Numbered from the stretch's first letter, positions 1-9,673 are shown. The stretch: DNA of 64,000 nt from Actinomycetes bacterium (GCA_031410915.1 JANNZY010000147.1:60846-124845), one strand, 5' to 3'. Translations and numbers: made by a program. Notes: generated by a model from the letters alone, not told the origin.

Positions 1-546
1 CTGACGCCGGACGGTCAGCCGCAACCGGTGTCCGTCATCATCACGGCCGAATCGATCCGGATGAGCGGTTCGGTGCCCAGTGAGACGGCCCGCGAGCAGC
101 TGAGGTCCCTGCTGACGTCGATCAGCGACGGCACCATCGCGATCACCGACGATGTCACGGTCAACCCGGACGTTCCGGTCGGCGTAGCCGTGCGCATCGT
201 GCCGCTCGACGCCGCGGCCTACACCTCGGGCACGTTCACCATCGAGAGCGGGCACGCTGCGGACCTCGATCGGATCGTCCGGCTGCTGGATGCAGCCGAC
301 CACGCTTCACTTCTCGTCGTGACGCACACCGACCAGGCCGAGGCCCCTCCCGGGACAGTGATGTTGTCGATCGCGCGAGTGAACGCCGAGCTCGCGTATC
401 TGGCCAGCGCCGGCATCGCTGCCGACCGAGTGTCGTCACGAGCCGTTGGCGGCACCGACCCGATCACGACGGAGTCGACACCGGACGCATTCGCAGCCAA
501 CCGCCGCACCGAATACATCGTCAGTGGTCTGTTCGTCACTCCGTGA
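1..546 (+). CDS. OmpA-family C-terminal domain protein (5' end runs off the window)
   Basis: The frame is open from nt 1, so the listed GTG at 28 may be internal. The C-terminus ...DAFAANRRTEYIVSG matches the OmpA/MotB NRR(V/T)E peptidoglycan-binding core. Confidence 0.55.
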   Translation: MTPDGQPQPVSVIITAESIRMSGSVPSETAREQLRSLLTSISDGTIAITDDVTVNPDVPVGVAVRIVPLDAAAYTSGTFTIESGHAADLDRIVRLLDAADHASLLVVTHTDQAEAPPGTVMLSIARVNAELAYLASAGIAADRVSSRAVGGTDPITTESTPDAFAANRRTEYIVSGLFVTP

Positions 547-1501
547 CGCGGGCGGCGCGACTTCGCCTCTTGCCCTCGTGCATCGCCGCGACTCTGGCGA
601 CCGGGATCTCGTGGCCCTCGGCGACCAAGTCAGCGGGCAACGATTGCGGATCAGGCATCGCTGCGGCCCAGGGGTCGCAATCGCCGAGCAGATCCGGTGC
701 AGTCAGGATCGTGTAGTCCTTCGGCGCGATTGTGTCGAGGTCGTCCCACTCGATCGGGAACGACACGGTCGCGCCGGGCCTGGCTCGCGGGCTGTAGGCC
801 GCGACCACGGTCGCGCCACCGGCGCGAGTGGAATCGATGAACACCTTGCCGTCGCGGTCGGCCTTCACGAACGCCGTGGTCGCAACCCCCGGGTCGAGCC
901 GCTCGACGCGGTGCGCGATCGCCCGTGTCGCGCCGGCCGCGACCTCCATCGACACCGATGCATCGATCGGCACGAAGATGTGCAGCCCCTTGGCCCCACT
1001 CGTCTTCACAGCGCCCTGGAGGCCGGCGTCGTCGAGGACCCGGCGAACGAGATGCGCAGCTGCGACGACATGGGCGAAGTCGTCGCCCGACGGTGGATCG
1101 AGATCGAGCACGAGATGCGTGGCGTGGTCGAGATGGTCGACGCGCGCCAGCGTCGGGTGGTACTCGATCGCGCGCTGGTTGCCGAACCACAGCAGCGTCC
1201 GGCGGTCGTTGCACAGCGCGTACGACACAGTGCGTTTGGACGCCTCGGCCCACAGCGGGACGGTGGCCACGAAGTCGGGTGTGTACTTGGGAACGTTCTT
1301 CTGCATGAACGGTGCCTGCCCACGCGTCACGCGGATCACCGACAGCGGACGGTCCTGCAGCACCGGCAGGATCCGGTCGCTCATCCGGTCGAGGTAGTCG
1401 ACGAGGTCGCGTTTGGTGACCTCCGAGCCGTCGAACAACGGTTGATCGAGATTCGTGAGCTCGACACCGTCGCGCGACTCGTCGCTGCGCGCACCGGCCA
1501 C
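536..1501 (-). CDS. ligD: NHEJ polymerase/primase domain protein (LigD Pol domain only)
   Basis: 321 aa with a GTG start. Motifs KTSGAKGLHIFVPI, LDLDP and FIDSTRAG are typical of the LigD polymerase domain. No ligase or nuclease domain is attached. Confidence 0.8.
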   Translation of the reverse strand: MAGARSDESRDGVELTNLDQPLFDGSEVTKRDLVDYLDRMSDRILPVLQDRPLSVIRVTRGQAPFMQKNVPKYTPDFVATVPLWAEASKRTVSYALCNDRRTLLWFGNQRAIEYHPTLARVDHLDHATHLVLDLDPPSGDDFAHVVAAAHLVRRVLDDAGLQGAVKTSGAKGLHIFVPIDASVSMEVAAGATRAIAHRVERLDPGVATTAFVKADRDGKVFIDSTRAGGATVVAAYSPRARPGATVSFPIEWDDLDTIAPKDYTILTAPDLLGDCDPWAAAMPDPQSLPADLVAEGHEIPVARVAAMHEGKRRSRAARVTE

Positions 1502-1549
1502 GTCACAACCCTACTCGCCATCGCGAATCCCCGGTAGGGTCCCCGGCAC

Positions 1550-2116
1550 GTGCAAGCGTTCCTGATCAGCTGCGGCATCATCTTCGTCGCCGAACTCGGC
1601 GACAAGAGCCAGTTGATGGCGATGACCTTCGCCGCGCGCTACAAGGCGATCACGATCCTGGCTGCGATCACGGCCGCGACAGCAATTGTCCACCTGGCCA
1701 GCGTTTTGCTCGGTGCCGCGCTCGGCGTCACACTGCCGACCAAAGCGATCTCGATCGTCGCCGGCGTCGCGTTCCTCGGCTTCGCCGCGTGGACGCTGCG
1801 TGGCGATTCGCTCGACGATGACGAGGCCGACCGCGCCCAACGCAGCAGGCGCTCGGTGTTCATGTCCGTCGGCCTGGCGTTCCTGCTCGCCGAACTCGGC
1901 GACAAGACGATGCTGGCCACGATCACGCTGGCGACGAACCACGGGCTGCTCGGCACGTGGCTCGGATCCACCGTCGGCATGGTGGCCGCCGACGCGCTCG
2001 CGATCGTCGTCGGTCAGCAGCTCGGTGCGCGGCTGCCCGAGCGCGTCATCAAGATCGGTGCGGCCATCACGTTCGTCGTCTTCGGTGTCCTGCTCATCAT
2101 CGAGGGCCTTCGCTGA
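1550..2116 (+). CDS. UPF0016 (GDT1/TMEM165) family cation transporter
   Basis: 188 aa and hydrophobic. The family signature E-x-G-D-K-(S/T) occurs twice: AELGDKSQ and AELGDKTM. Confidence 0.8.
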   Translation: MQAFLISCGIIFVAELGDKSQLMAMTFAARYKAITILAAITAATAIVHLASVLLGAALGVTLPTKAISIVAGVAFLGFAAWTLRGDSLDDDEADRAQRSRRSVFMSVGLAFLLAELGDKTMLATITLATNHGLLGTWLGSTVGMVAADALAIVVGQQLGARLPERVIKIGAAITFVVFGVLLIIEGLR

Positions 2117-2711
2117 TCGCAGCGGTCGGCGGCGACGAGAAGATCAGGTCGATGGTGCCGGTCAACTGGCGGCGAGCGTCGACGATGGAGATGTTGCCGT
2201 GCACCCAGTTGCGCAACACGGCATTGAGCATCGCGTTCACCACATTGACGATCAGCGCCGCAATGTCCGGTGCGATCCCGTCGAGCACGTCACCCATCGT
2301 CGACTGCTCGCGCCCGGCGAAGCTGGCGTACTGCTCACGTGCCAGCGCGTCCGGCGTGTTGTCCATCAACGCGACAACGGTGTACACCTGCGGCCAACGC
2401 TCGAACGCGTTGAGAACGCGCATCATCAACTCCGTCAATCGCTCCTGCGCCGACGCGCCGCGCAGTGGTCGCCTCTGCACCTGGGCGACGAGCTGGTCAC
2501 CCCATTCGACGAGCACCGCTGCAAACAAGTGCTCCTTGGAGGCGAAGTAGCGGTACACGGTGCCGAGCGCGACATCGCCGTGATCGGCGACGTCGCGCAT
2601 CTGGATCTTGTCGTAGGGCAGCTGCTGCAGCAGCTCCAACGCGGCCACCACGATGCGCTGCCGCCGCGCCCGTTGGGTCGGTGTCAGATCCTCTGGCAGC
2701 GGTGGCGACAT
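2097..2711 (-). CDS. TetR-family transcriptional regulator
   Basis: The N-terminal HTH LPYDKIQMRDVADHGDVALGTVYRYFASKEHLF is a typical TetR_N domain. ATG at 2711. Confidence 0.85.
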   Translation of the reverse strand: MSPPLPEDLTPTQRARRQRIVVAALELLQQLPYDKIQMRDVADHGDVALGTVYRYFASKEHLFAAVLVEWGDQLVAQVQRRPLRGASAQERLTELMMRVLNAFERWPQVYTVVALMDNTPDALAREQYASFAGREQSTMGDVLDGIAPDIAALIVNVVNAMLNAVLRNWVHGNISIVDARRQLTGTIDLIFSSPPTAAISEGPR

Positions 2712-2749
2712 GCCGTTCGAGACTACGTAATCGCAGCGCGAGTTGCGTG

Positions 2750-5284
2750 ATGGCTCCCCGTGGAAGCGTTCACTACTCTGCTGTCGTGATCCGGCAGAGG
2801 GCAGCGACGTGGCCGGTGGCCGGGGCGGCGCTCTTCATCGGGTTGTTCGTACTCGGCTCGCTCGCGACGCTGCTGTCCGTTCGCACCGAGCAGGATGCAG
2901 CGCGATTGCGCGACGCGCGAGCGGCCGAGATCGTGTCGTCACGGTTGAGCGGAGCGTTGCAACACACGGTGGCGGCCCTGCGCGGCGCGGATGCGCTGGC
3001 GGTCGACGGATCGGTCAGCGCAGACGAGTTCACCGCCTACGCCCGTGACATCGTCGACGGATCGCTGTACCGAGCGATCGCGTTCGCGCGGGTCGTCAGT
3101 GGCGGCGACCGGGCGGCGTTCGAGGCGTCCACGGGGCTCATCATCCGTGACACGGACGGCAAGGGCGGTCTGGTCACCGCACCACAGCGGGATCAATATT
3201 ACGTCGTGACCGAGGTGTATCCGCAGACCGATCAAACGATCTCGCTGCGCGGCTTCGACATCGCCAGTGACCCGATTCGCCGTGACGCCGCGCAACGGTC
3301 GTTGGACGTCGCCGAACCGGTGGTCTCGAACCGGATCAGTCTCGCCGACAGCGGGCGACCCGGCGTGTTCGTGGTCCAGGGCGTGCACCTCCAGGACGGC
3401 ACGACTGTCGGTTTCCTGTCCAGCGGCATCGCGATCGACTCGCTCGTCCAATCGGCCGGCATCCGCCCGGGCACCGACTTCCAGCTGTCGCTCGACGGGG
3501 TGGTCCTCGCCGGCACTGGCGGTGGCGGCGAGTCGCGGAACTTCGACGTCGCCGGACGCACCTTCGTGGTCGATGTCGACGACCCCAGTGGCGTCAACCT
3601 CTCGCTGCCGGCGCTGATCGGCGCAGGCACGTTGCTGCTCGGAGTCGGGGTCGTGCTCGCCTACCGCCGCGACCGCCGTCAAACGGCCCGATTGGCGGCG
3701 ACGGCACGACGCAACCGCGGCATCGCTGCCCTCGGTCAGCGCCTGGCCGGAGCGAGCAACGTCGACGCCGTCCTGACCGAGGTGCTCGGTTTGGCCCCGA
3801 CGATCCTCGAGTCCGACCGGTGCGTGGTCGTACGCCGCTCGCTCGGCGATCAGGCTCTGTTCGTCACCGAGCGCGGCGCCGAGCTGATCGGCGCCTGGGC
3901 TTTGCACGCGGGCCCGATCCGCGACACGGAGACGGGCCCGCTGGCCGACACGTTGCGTACCAAACGCACCGTGTCGGTGCCGACCCGAGTGAGACTCGCT
4001 GAGTTGTATCCGGGGCTGGCGACGGGCACTGGCGAGCTGGCGCTGCAGTCGTTGGTATGCGTACCGCTCGTGTTCGCCGACGACATCTGCGTCGGCGCGA
4101 TCGGCTTCGGCTGGTCGAACGACCTGACGACGTCGGAGTTGGATCACCGCCTCGTTGCCGCTGACACCATCGGAGAACTCGCCAGCAGAGCGCTCGAGCG
4201 GGCTTTCATCACAGAGGTCGTGCAAACAGGGGCCGGACATCTCAGCGCGTTCGCGCAGGACCTGGCCCGAGCGCGTACGGCGGCCGAAGTGCAAGCCGCG
4301 GTCCGCGAGCACGTGCCCTTGGTCCTCAACGCCCGGTCCGCCGAACTGGCCGGCGCGAGCGATGTGGCTGACGGAACACCGAACAGCACTGGACTAGACG
4401 TCCCCGGTCAAACCGGGCAGCGGTTGCGACTGGAGTGGATCGGCCCTCCGTCGACGTCACCGACACAGAGCTCGGTGCTGCAGACACTGACCGAACTCGT
4501 CGGCCAGACGCTTGCCCGCATCTCGCTGACCGAGCAGGAGCACCAGTTGATCGTGCAGCTGCAGCAGGAGGTGCTCGACGTGCAGACGACGTTCGACGGC
4601 CTGGAGATTGCTGTCACCTACCGACCGGCGATGCGTCTGGTCGGCATCGGAGGCGACTTCTACGACGTCATCAAGTCCGACCTCGGCCAGCTGTACGTCG
4701 TCATCGGCGACGTCACCGGCCACGGCACGGAGGCCGTCACTGCGATGGCCGAGCTACGAGCACTGATCAACCATCTGCTCCGCTCCAGCGAACAGTTGGA
4801 AGCAGTATGCGCCCATGTCGATTCGCTGCTCGCTCGACGCAAGATATTCGCGACGGCCCAGATCGTCGAGGTCGACCGCCGCCACAACGAGTTGCGCTAC
4901 ATCAATGCCGGCCATCCCTACCCGGTGCTGCGCCGCGCCGGCGGTGGCACGGAGACTTTGCGCGAGGGACACCGACCGCTCCTGGGACTGGTGTCGAACA
5001 ACCGTGCCGCGCGGCAGGCTTCTCGTATCGACTTCGCTCCCGGCGACGAGCTTGTCCTGTACACCGACGGGCTCATCGAGCGCCGCGCGGAACCGCTCGA
5101 CGAAAGCATGCGCCTGCTCGCTGAAGCGATCGACACGACCGGCACGATCACGATGGCAGAGCTGTTGCGTTCGTTGCTCGACCGAACCGACGCACTCGGC
5201 GCGCAGGACAAGGTTGACGACGACATCGCGATGGTGGGCGTGCGGTCCATCGCGACGTCGCCGTCACAGGTCGATCACCAGTAG
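2750..5284 (+). CDS. Membrane sensor phosphatase: CHASE-like extracytoplasmic domain, GAF, and PP2C/SpoIIE
   Basis: I chose the ATG at 2750 (MAPRGS...); the upstream 95 codons are Arg/Ala-rich and lie antisense to the TetR gene. Two TM segments flank a CHASE-like region (AFARVVSGGDRAAFE...YYVVTEVYP). The C-terminus has SpoIIE motifs GGDFYDV, VIGDVTGHG and LVLYTDGLIE. Confidence 0.75.
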   Translation: MAPRGSVHYSAVVIRQRAATWPVAGAALFIGLFVLGSLATLLSVRTEQDAARLRDARAAEIVSSRLSGALQHTVAALRGADALAVDGSVSADEFTAYARDIVDGSLYRAIAFARVVSGGDRAAFEASTGLIIRDTDGKGGLVTAPQRDQYYVVTEVYPQTDQTISLRGFDIASDPIRRDAAQRSLDVAEPVVSNRISLADSGRPGVFVVQGVHLQDGTTVGFLSSGIAIDSLVQSAGIRPGTDFQLSLDGVVLAGTGGGGESRNFDVAGRTFVVDVDDPSGVNLSLPALIGAGTLLLGVGVVLAYRRDRRQTARLAATARRNRGIAALGQRLAGASNVDAVLTEVLGLAPTILESDRCVVVRRSLGDQALFVTERGAELIGAWALHAGPIRDTETGPLADTLRTKRTVSVPTRVRLAELYPGLATGTGELALQSLVCVPLVFADDICVGAIGFGWSNDLTTSELDHRLVAADTIGELASRALERAFITEVVQTGAGHLSAFAQDLARARTAAEVQAAVREHVPLVLNARSAELAGASDVADGTPNSTGLDVPGQTGQRLRLEWIGPPSTSPTQSSVLQTLTELVGQTLARISLTEQEHQLIVQLQQEVLDVQTTFDGLEIAVTYRPAMRLVGIGGDFYDVIKSDLGQLYVVIGDVTGHGTEAVTAMAELRALINHLLRSSEQLEAVCAHVDSLLARRKIFATAQIVEVDRRHNELRYINAGHPYPVLRRAGGGTETLREGHRPLLGLVSNNRAARQASRIDFAPGDELVLYTDGLIERRAEPLDESMRLLAEAIDTTGTITMAELLRSLLDRTDALGAQDKVDDDIAMVGVRSIATSPSQVDHQ

Positions 5285-5430
5285 TGCGCCCGGCCACCGA
5301 TCTGGCGGCCACCACGACCGAGCAGCATGAGCACGAGTCCGACGATGGCCAAGATGATGCCCACCGTCCAGAGGAGGGGGACCGACAGCAAGAAGCCGAT
5401 GAGCATGAGGATGAGTCCAGCAATAATCAT
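5275..5430 (-). CDS. Small hydrophobic membrane protein (51 aa)
   Basis: MIIAGLILMLIGFLLSVPLLWTVGIILAIVGLVLMLLGRGGRQIGGRAHYW has two TM helices and a basic tail. It resembles a widespread small actinobacterial protein. The rest of listed ORF 5275..6024 is not protein-like. Confidence 0.6.
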   Translation of the reverse strand: MIIAGLILMLIGFLLSVPLLWTVGIILAIVGLVLMLLGRGGRQIGGRAHYW

Positions 5431-5514
5431 GCGAAGGATGTGCCCGATCTTCGCATCGGCGAAACGTCGCCTCCCGATGTCACCCGACCTCGCGCAAAGG
5501 ACGTCTGTCTGTTC

Positions 5515-6126
5515 ATGTCGATCCTCGCTCGGTCCAGAATCGCGACACTGGCGTTCGGCCTTCTCGGCGGCTGCGCGCTCGGTGTCATCGCCAGGGTGTG
5601 GATGCGTGTCATCTCGGAGGATCCAGAGTTCAGTTGGTCCGGCACGATCTTCATCGTCGGCGGCTTCACGATCTTCGGGTTCGGCCAGTCGCTTGCCGCA
5701 GTCGCTCGCCGACGCAATCCGCGACGCTGGCTGCTGACCATCGTCCGCGTCATCGCCGCGATCACGATGGCTCCGCTGTTCTTCGCCGCCGGCGGGATCA
5801 TGTTCCCGACGGTGATCGGCGGTGCCCTGGCGTGGTTCCGCACGCAATGGCCATTCGCCGCCCGGTTCGTGGCCGCCCTGATCGCCACCGCACCCGTCGT
5901 GATCGTCGGCAAGCAGATCGTGGATTCGTTCGATTGGTCGCTGCACGCGCTCGCGGGATTCGTGATGATGCTCGCCATCTACGGCGTCATCGTGTCGGCC
6001 ACCCGGTTCGTCGTCGCGCCACAATTCGACGGCTGGCGGCTCGTCGGGTGGGCGCGCATCGCCGGGCCGATCCTTGCCTTCGCGTCGATCGGGCTCGTCG
6101 TCCTGGCTACGACAGGAGTCGGATAG
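5515..6126 (+). CDS. Polytopic membrane protein, unknown function
   Basis: Internal ATG at 5515 (MSILARSRIATLAFGLLGG...). The upstream acidic stretch is antisense to the small hydrophobic gene. I count 5-6 predicted TM segments. Confidence 0.55.
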   Translation: MSILARSRIATLAFGLLGGCALGVIARVWMRVISEDPEFSWSGTIFIVGGFTIFGFGQSLAAVARRRNPRRWLLTIVRVIAAITMAPLFFAAGGIMFPTVIGGALAWFRTQWPFAARFVAALIATAPVVIVGKQIVDSFDWSLHALAGFVMMLAIYGVIVSATRFVVAPQFDGWRLVGWARIAGPILAFASIGLVVLATTGVG

Positions 6127-6130
6127 GCGT

Positions 6131-6823
6131 CTATTGCGGCGGATCGATGGTGTCGTTGCCGGGCGCGGGTTCGATCTTCAGCACCCAGGTGCCCGACGGT
6201 ACACCGGTTGCCGTTGACGGCGGCGGAGTGTCGGCGGCGCGATGGTTGTTCGACAACAGCTGGCCGATGATGGGCAGCGCCACCACGTTCGCAGCGTGCA
6301 GGACACCCATGATCAACAAGATCCCGGCGACTCGCGCGACTTCGTGCTTCAGCTGCGCGCCCGTCGACCCGACCCAATTCGACGGCTCGACGAACGTGAC
6401 TGTGAACAACACGAACGACGTGAAGATCAAGTAGTAGGCCACGTCGGTGAGAACCAGGTAGCTCTTGCCTGTGCGCGGTTGGGCTCGGAACACGTCGGCC
6501 GCATACGAGCGCCCGAAGCGCTTGATGAACGGCCCGAGCGCCACGGCGAGCGCGACGAGGACGATGTCGGTGATCAGTTCGATGACCCACCAGGGCATGA
6601 CGAACCTCCTGTTGTCGTAGTCGGACAGAGCGAATGAGAGCGCCGTGGTCGCCGCGACGAAGGCCGCGATCGACAACGCGAGACGCCATCGGAAGCGCCG
6701 TCGCTCGCGGGCGTCCTCCAGGCTGAGCCGGACACGGGCGAACAGGTCGGGGTTCTCGACGGTGCCAGCGCGGGCGGCGGTGAACGCGTCGACGAGTTGT
6801 TGCTCGAGGGTTGTCGTGCTCAC
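6131..6823 (-). CDS. Membrane protein translationally coupled to the ECF sigma factor (candidate anti-sigma)
   Basis: GTG at 6823-6821 overlaps the sigma TGA at 6822-6820 (GTGA). About 60 soluble residues are followed by 4-5 TM helices. There is no HxxxCxxC motif. Confidence 0.5.
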   Translation of the reverse strand: MSTTTLEQQLVDAFTAARAGTVENPDLFARVRLSLEDARERRRFRWRLALSIAAFVAATTALSFALSDYDNRRFVMPWWVIELITDIVLVALAVALGPFIKRFGRSYAADVFRAQPRTGKSYLVLTDVAYYLIFTSFVLFTVTFVEPSNWVGSTGAQLKHEVARVAGILLIMGVLHAANVVALPIIGQLLSNNHRAADTPPPSTATGVPSGTWVLKIEPAPGNDTIDPPQ

Positions 6824-7413
6824 CGACTGCCCCCGAGCTCGCGGTCCAGTGCAGCCATCGCCCGCCGCAAGTGCGTCTTCACGGAATTGACGGAGATCGC
6901 GAGCGTGGTCGCGATTCGCTCGATCGAGCACTCCTCGAAGTAGCGCAGCGTGATGCAGTCGCGCTGGCGCGAGGGCAGGCCACGAACGGCTTCTAGCACT
7001 CGCCGGTGTTGTTCGGAACGCACCAGCTCGTCACCCGCGGCATCGGCGACGACGTCGATGTCTCGGCCGGCTGCTGCATGGTGACGCAGCGACACCAGGC
7101 CGCGACGGTTGTGGTCGCGTGCCAGGTTGAGCACGATCGAGCGGAGGTAGGCGGGCGCACGTTCCATCGCATCGATCCGGCCAGCGCTGCGGGCCAGGCG
7201 AAGGAACGCTTCCTGCACGATGTCTTCTGCCGCGTCGCGATCGTCGACGAAGAGACGCGCGAGACGGACCAGCGACCGCCCGTCACTCTCGAACAGTCGC
7301 ACGACCAACGTCTCGGCATCGAGCGTGATCGCCTCGCCCTGCACGCGTGCCGCTGCGATCGCGGCGAGCAGACGCTGTCCAGGCGCGACTGGTACGGCGA
7401 TGCCCAGGCTCAT
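6820..7413 (-). CDS. ECF-type RNA polymerase sigma-70 family factor
   Basis: Region 2 reads DAAEDIVQEAFLRLARS and YLRSIVLNLARDHNRR. Region 4 reads LPSRQRDCITLRYFEECSIERIATTLAISVNSVKTHLRRA. Confidence 0.85.
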   Translation of the reverse strand: MSLGIAVPVAPGQRLLAAIAAARVQGEAITLDAETLVVRLFESDGRSLVRLARLFVDDRDAAEDIVQEAFLRLARSAGRIDAMERAPAYLRSIVLNLARDHNRRGLVSLRHHAAAGRDIDVVADAAGDELVRSEQHRRVLEAVRGLPSRQRDCITLRYFEECSIERIATTLAISVNSVKTHLRRAMAALDRELGGSR

Positions 7414-7514
7414 CTCGACGCCCTCACCGGGTCATCCTCTCATCGTCGCCACCCCCGGACGGACGATCTCGAGCCGGCAATGGGTGACACCGACCTTGCG
7501 CTGCGTGATGGGCG

Positions 7515-8519
7515 CTATCCGGCGCGCGCGGCAAACAGCGAACGGGGCCAGCCGCGTTCGGTGATGACGACGTTGATCTCGGCGGACAGCATCGTGATCT
7601 GGGCGATCAGGAACAGCCACGAGAGCAGGCCGATGACGACCGCGAAGGTGCCGTACGTCTGCGACGCGCCGTCCAGGACGCGGCTGACGTACACGCCGCC
7701 GAACAGTTGCAGCAGCGTGTAGGCGCCACCGGCCACGCACGCACCAGGGCCTACGTCGCGCCAGCTGACGGCCTTCACGGTCAACACACGGAACGCGACC
7801 ATGAACGCGAGGACGTTCCATCCCACGGTCAGCACGAACAGAACTGCGGTCGCGGCAACCCCGGGCACGACCAGCGTCGCAAGCTGCGCGAGCGTTGTCG
7901 ACGAGATCAGCAGCGCCGAGATCACGACCAGCATCAGCAGCGAGCGCAGACGCTTGGCGACGAACGTCGGCTCGGCCTCGTGTTGTACACGCCAGACCCC
8001 GTTCATCGCGTCCTGCGCGGCCTGCATCGCGCCGAGGCCGGCCCACAACGCCCCGGCCAAACCAACGACCAGCGCGATCGGGTTGCCGCCGAGCGGCGAC
8101 GCGACCGAGGACGCGATCGTGTCTCCGATGATCGGGAACTGCCCGAGCGCCGAGTTGGCGATGTCGCGGCGGAGTTGCTCATCGCCTTCGAGCGCGAAGC
8201 CCAGGATCGTGACGAGCGCGAGCATCGCCGGGAAGATCGAGAAGAACCCGTAGTAGGCGATCAGCGCGGCGAGCCGGCCGGCGCGATCGTCGCCGAAGCG
8301 GCGAATCGCTGCGACCGGAATTGCGGTCCAGGGTCGGCGCTGCACAGCGAGGTCGATCCGGCCGAGCACCCCGTCCTTCGACGTCTGCGGAGTGCGGGGC
8401 ACCGGCTCGGAGATCACAGCCGCAGCTGGTGTGCTGGAGCTCCGAGCCAGGGCGAGCGCAAGAACAGCGAGCGAGGCCACGGTCATCGGCAGATCCGATC
8501 GCGCATCGTCTTTGCTCAT
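7515..8519 (-). CDS. YihY/BrkB (virulence factor BrkB) family membrane protein
   Basis: 334 aa with RAGRLAALIAYYGFFSIFPAMLAL and YGTFAVVIGLLSWLFLIAQITMLSAEIN, both typical of YihY. Confidence 0.75.
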   Translation of the reverse strand: MSKDDARSDLPMTVASLAVLALALARSSSTPAAAVISEPVPRTPQTSKDGVLGRIDLAVQRRPWTAIPVAAIRRFGDDRAGRLAALIAYYGFFSIFPAMLALVTILGFALEGDEQLRRDIANSALGQFPIIGDTIASSVASPLGGNPIALVVGLAGALWAGLGAMQAAQDAMNGVWRVQHEAEPTFVAKRLRSLLMLVVISALLISSTTLAQLATLVVPGVAATAVLFVLTVGWNVLAFMVAFRVLTVKAVSWRDVGPGACVAGGAYTLLQLFGGVYVSRVLDGASQTYGTFAVVIGLLSWLFLIAQITMLSAEINVVITERGWPRSLFAARAG

Positions 8520-8581
8520 CGATGACCGCTACCCGTCGACGGGTGATCACAGACGCGGGACGCTCCCAGGGAGCATTCGGG

Positions 8582-9673
8582 TCAGGGACGGACGTCGAGG
8601 ATCATGTTGAAAGGGGTTTCGGCGGCGCGGCGGACTGTCGCAAAGCCGGCGTCGGTCAAGACAGTGCGGAGCTCGGCTTCTCCCGCTTGCGCGCCGAGGC
8701 ACGCGGCGCCCGTGCCACCCTGAGCCCGAGACGCCGGCGTGCAGATGAACGTCGATGCCGAATAGAAGATGCGCCCGACGAGGTTGAAGTTGTCCTCCGG
8801 ACGATCGTTGGCACTCGGCTCGACGAGCAGGAACACGCCGTCGGCAGCGAGCGACGCGCGGATGTGCGCAGCAGCGGACGTCGGGTCGCCCATGTCGTGC
8901 AGCGCGTCGAAAACGCACACGAGGCCGTAGTCCGTGCCCGGGAACTCGGCGGCCGACGCAACCTCGAAGCGCACGCGATCTGCGACACCGCACTCGTCTG
9001 CCCGGCGACGAGCCGCATCGATGGAATCGGCGTGGTAGTCGTAGCCGACGAACGTCGACGCCGGGTAGGCCTGCGCCATCAGGATCGTCGACGATCCGTG
9101 CCCGCAGCCGACGTCGGCAACGTGAATACCGCGCTCGAGCGCGGCTTCGAGGCCGTCGATCGCGGGGATCCACGACGAGGTCAGGTTGGCCGCGTAGCCG
9201 GGGCGGAAGAACCGCTCGGTCCCGACGAACAGATCGTGGTGATGTTGATGCCAGCCGACACCTGCGCCGGTCTGGAAGCCGTGACGTACGGCGTCCTCGT
9301 CGCGGTGCATCGACGACACGACGGCCATGCCGCCGGCCAGGAAGGTCGGCAAGGTTTCGTCGGCCAAGCAGGCCGCCTGGGCCCCGTCCAGGAAGAACCG
9401 GCCCGTCGCCGCCTCGTAGTTCGCATAGCCACTGGCCGCTTGGGCCAGCAGCCACTCGCGCAGGTACCGGGCGTCGCAGCCCGTGCTGGCAGCGAGCTCG
9501 TCCGGGGTCGACGGACCGTTCGCGACGAGAGCCGCATACAGGCCGAGCTTGTCGCCGAGCACGACGGTGGCTGCGTGGGCCACCGCAGCGAGGTCGGCCG
9601 CGAACTTGAACGTGAACGCTTCGATGTCCGCTGGTGAGGCGGTCGTGGTCGCAGTTGTGGTGGTGGTTGACAT
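8582..9673 (-). CDS. Class I SAM-dependent methyltransferase with N-terminal winged-helix-like domain
   Basis: ATG at 9673 (MSTTTTTATT...). SAM motif I is VADVGCGHGSS, followed by VCVFDALHDMGDP. The upstream 175 codons of ORF 8582..10198 are not protein-like. Confidence 0.8.
   Translation of the reverse strand: MSTTTTTATTTASPADIEAFTFKFAADLAAVAHAATVVLGDKLGLYAALVANGPSTPDELAASTGCDARYLREWLLAQAASGYANYEAATGRFFLDGAQAACLADETLPTFLAGGMAVVSSMHRDEDAVRHGFQTGAGVGWHQHHHDLFVGTERFFRPGYAANLTSSWIPAIDGLEAALERGIHVADVGCGHGSSTILMAQAYPASTFVGYDYHADSIDAARRRADECGVADRVRFEVASAAEFPGTDYGLVCVFDALHDMGDPTSAAAHIRASLAADGVFLLVEPSANDRPEDNFNLVGRIFYSASTFICTPASRAQGGTGAACLGAQAGEAELRTVLTDAGFATVRRAAETPFNMILDVRP

Noticed and set aside
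1502-1549. yybP-ykoY (Mn) riboswitch upstream of the UPF0016 transporter gene.
   Set aside because: The intergenic region is only 48 nt. It holds a single 7-bp hairpin (ACCCTAC/GTAGGGT), which is too short for the four-way-junction riboswitch.
5284-5514. Acidic N-terminal extension (TTTEQHEHESDDGQDD...) of ORF 5284..6126.
   Set aside because: It is the antisense image of the small hydrophobic gene at 5275..5430. The hydrophobic protein proper starts at the ATG at 5515.
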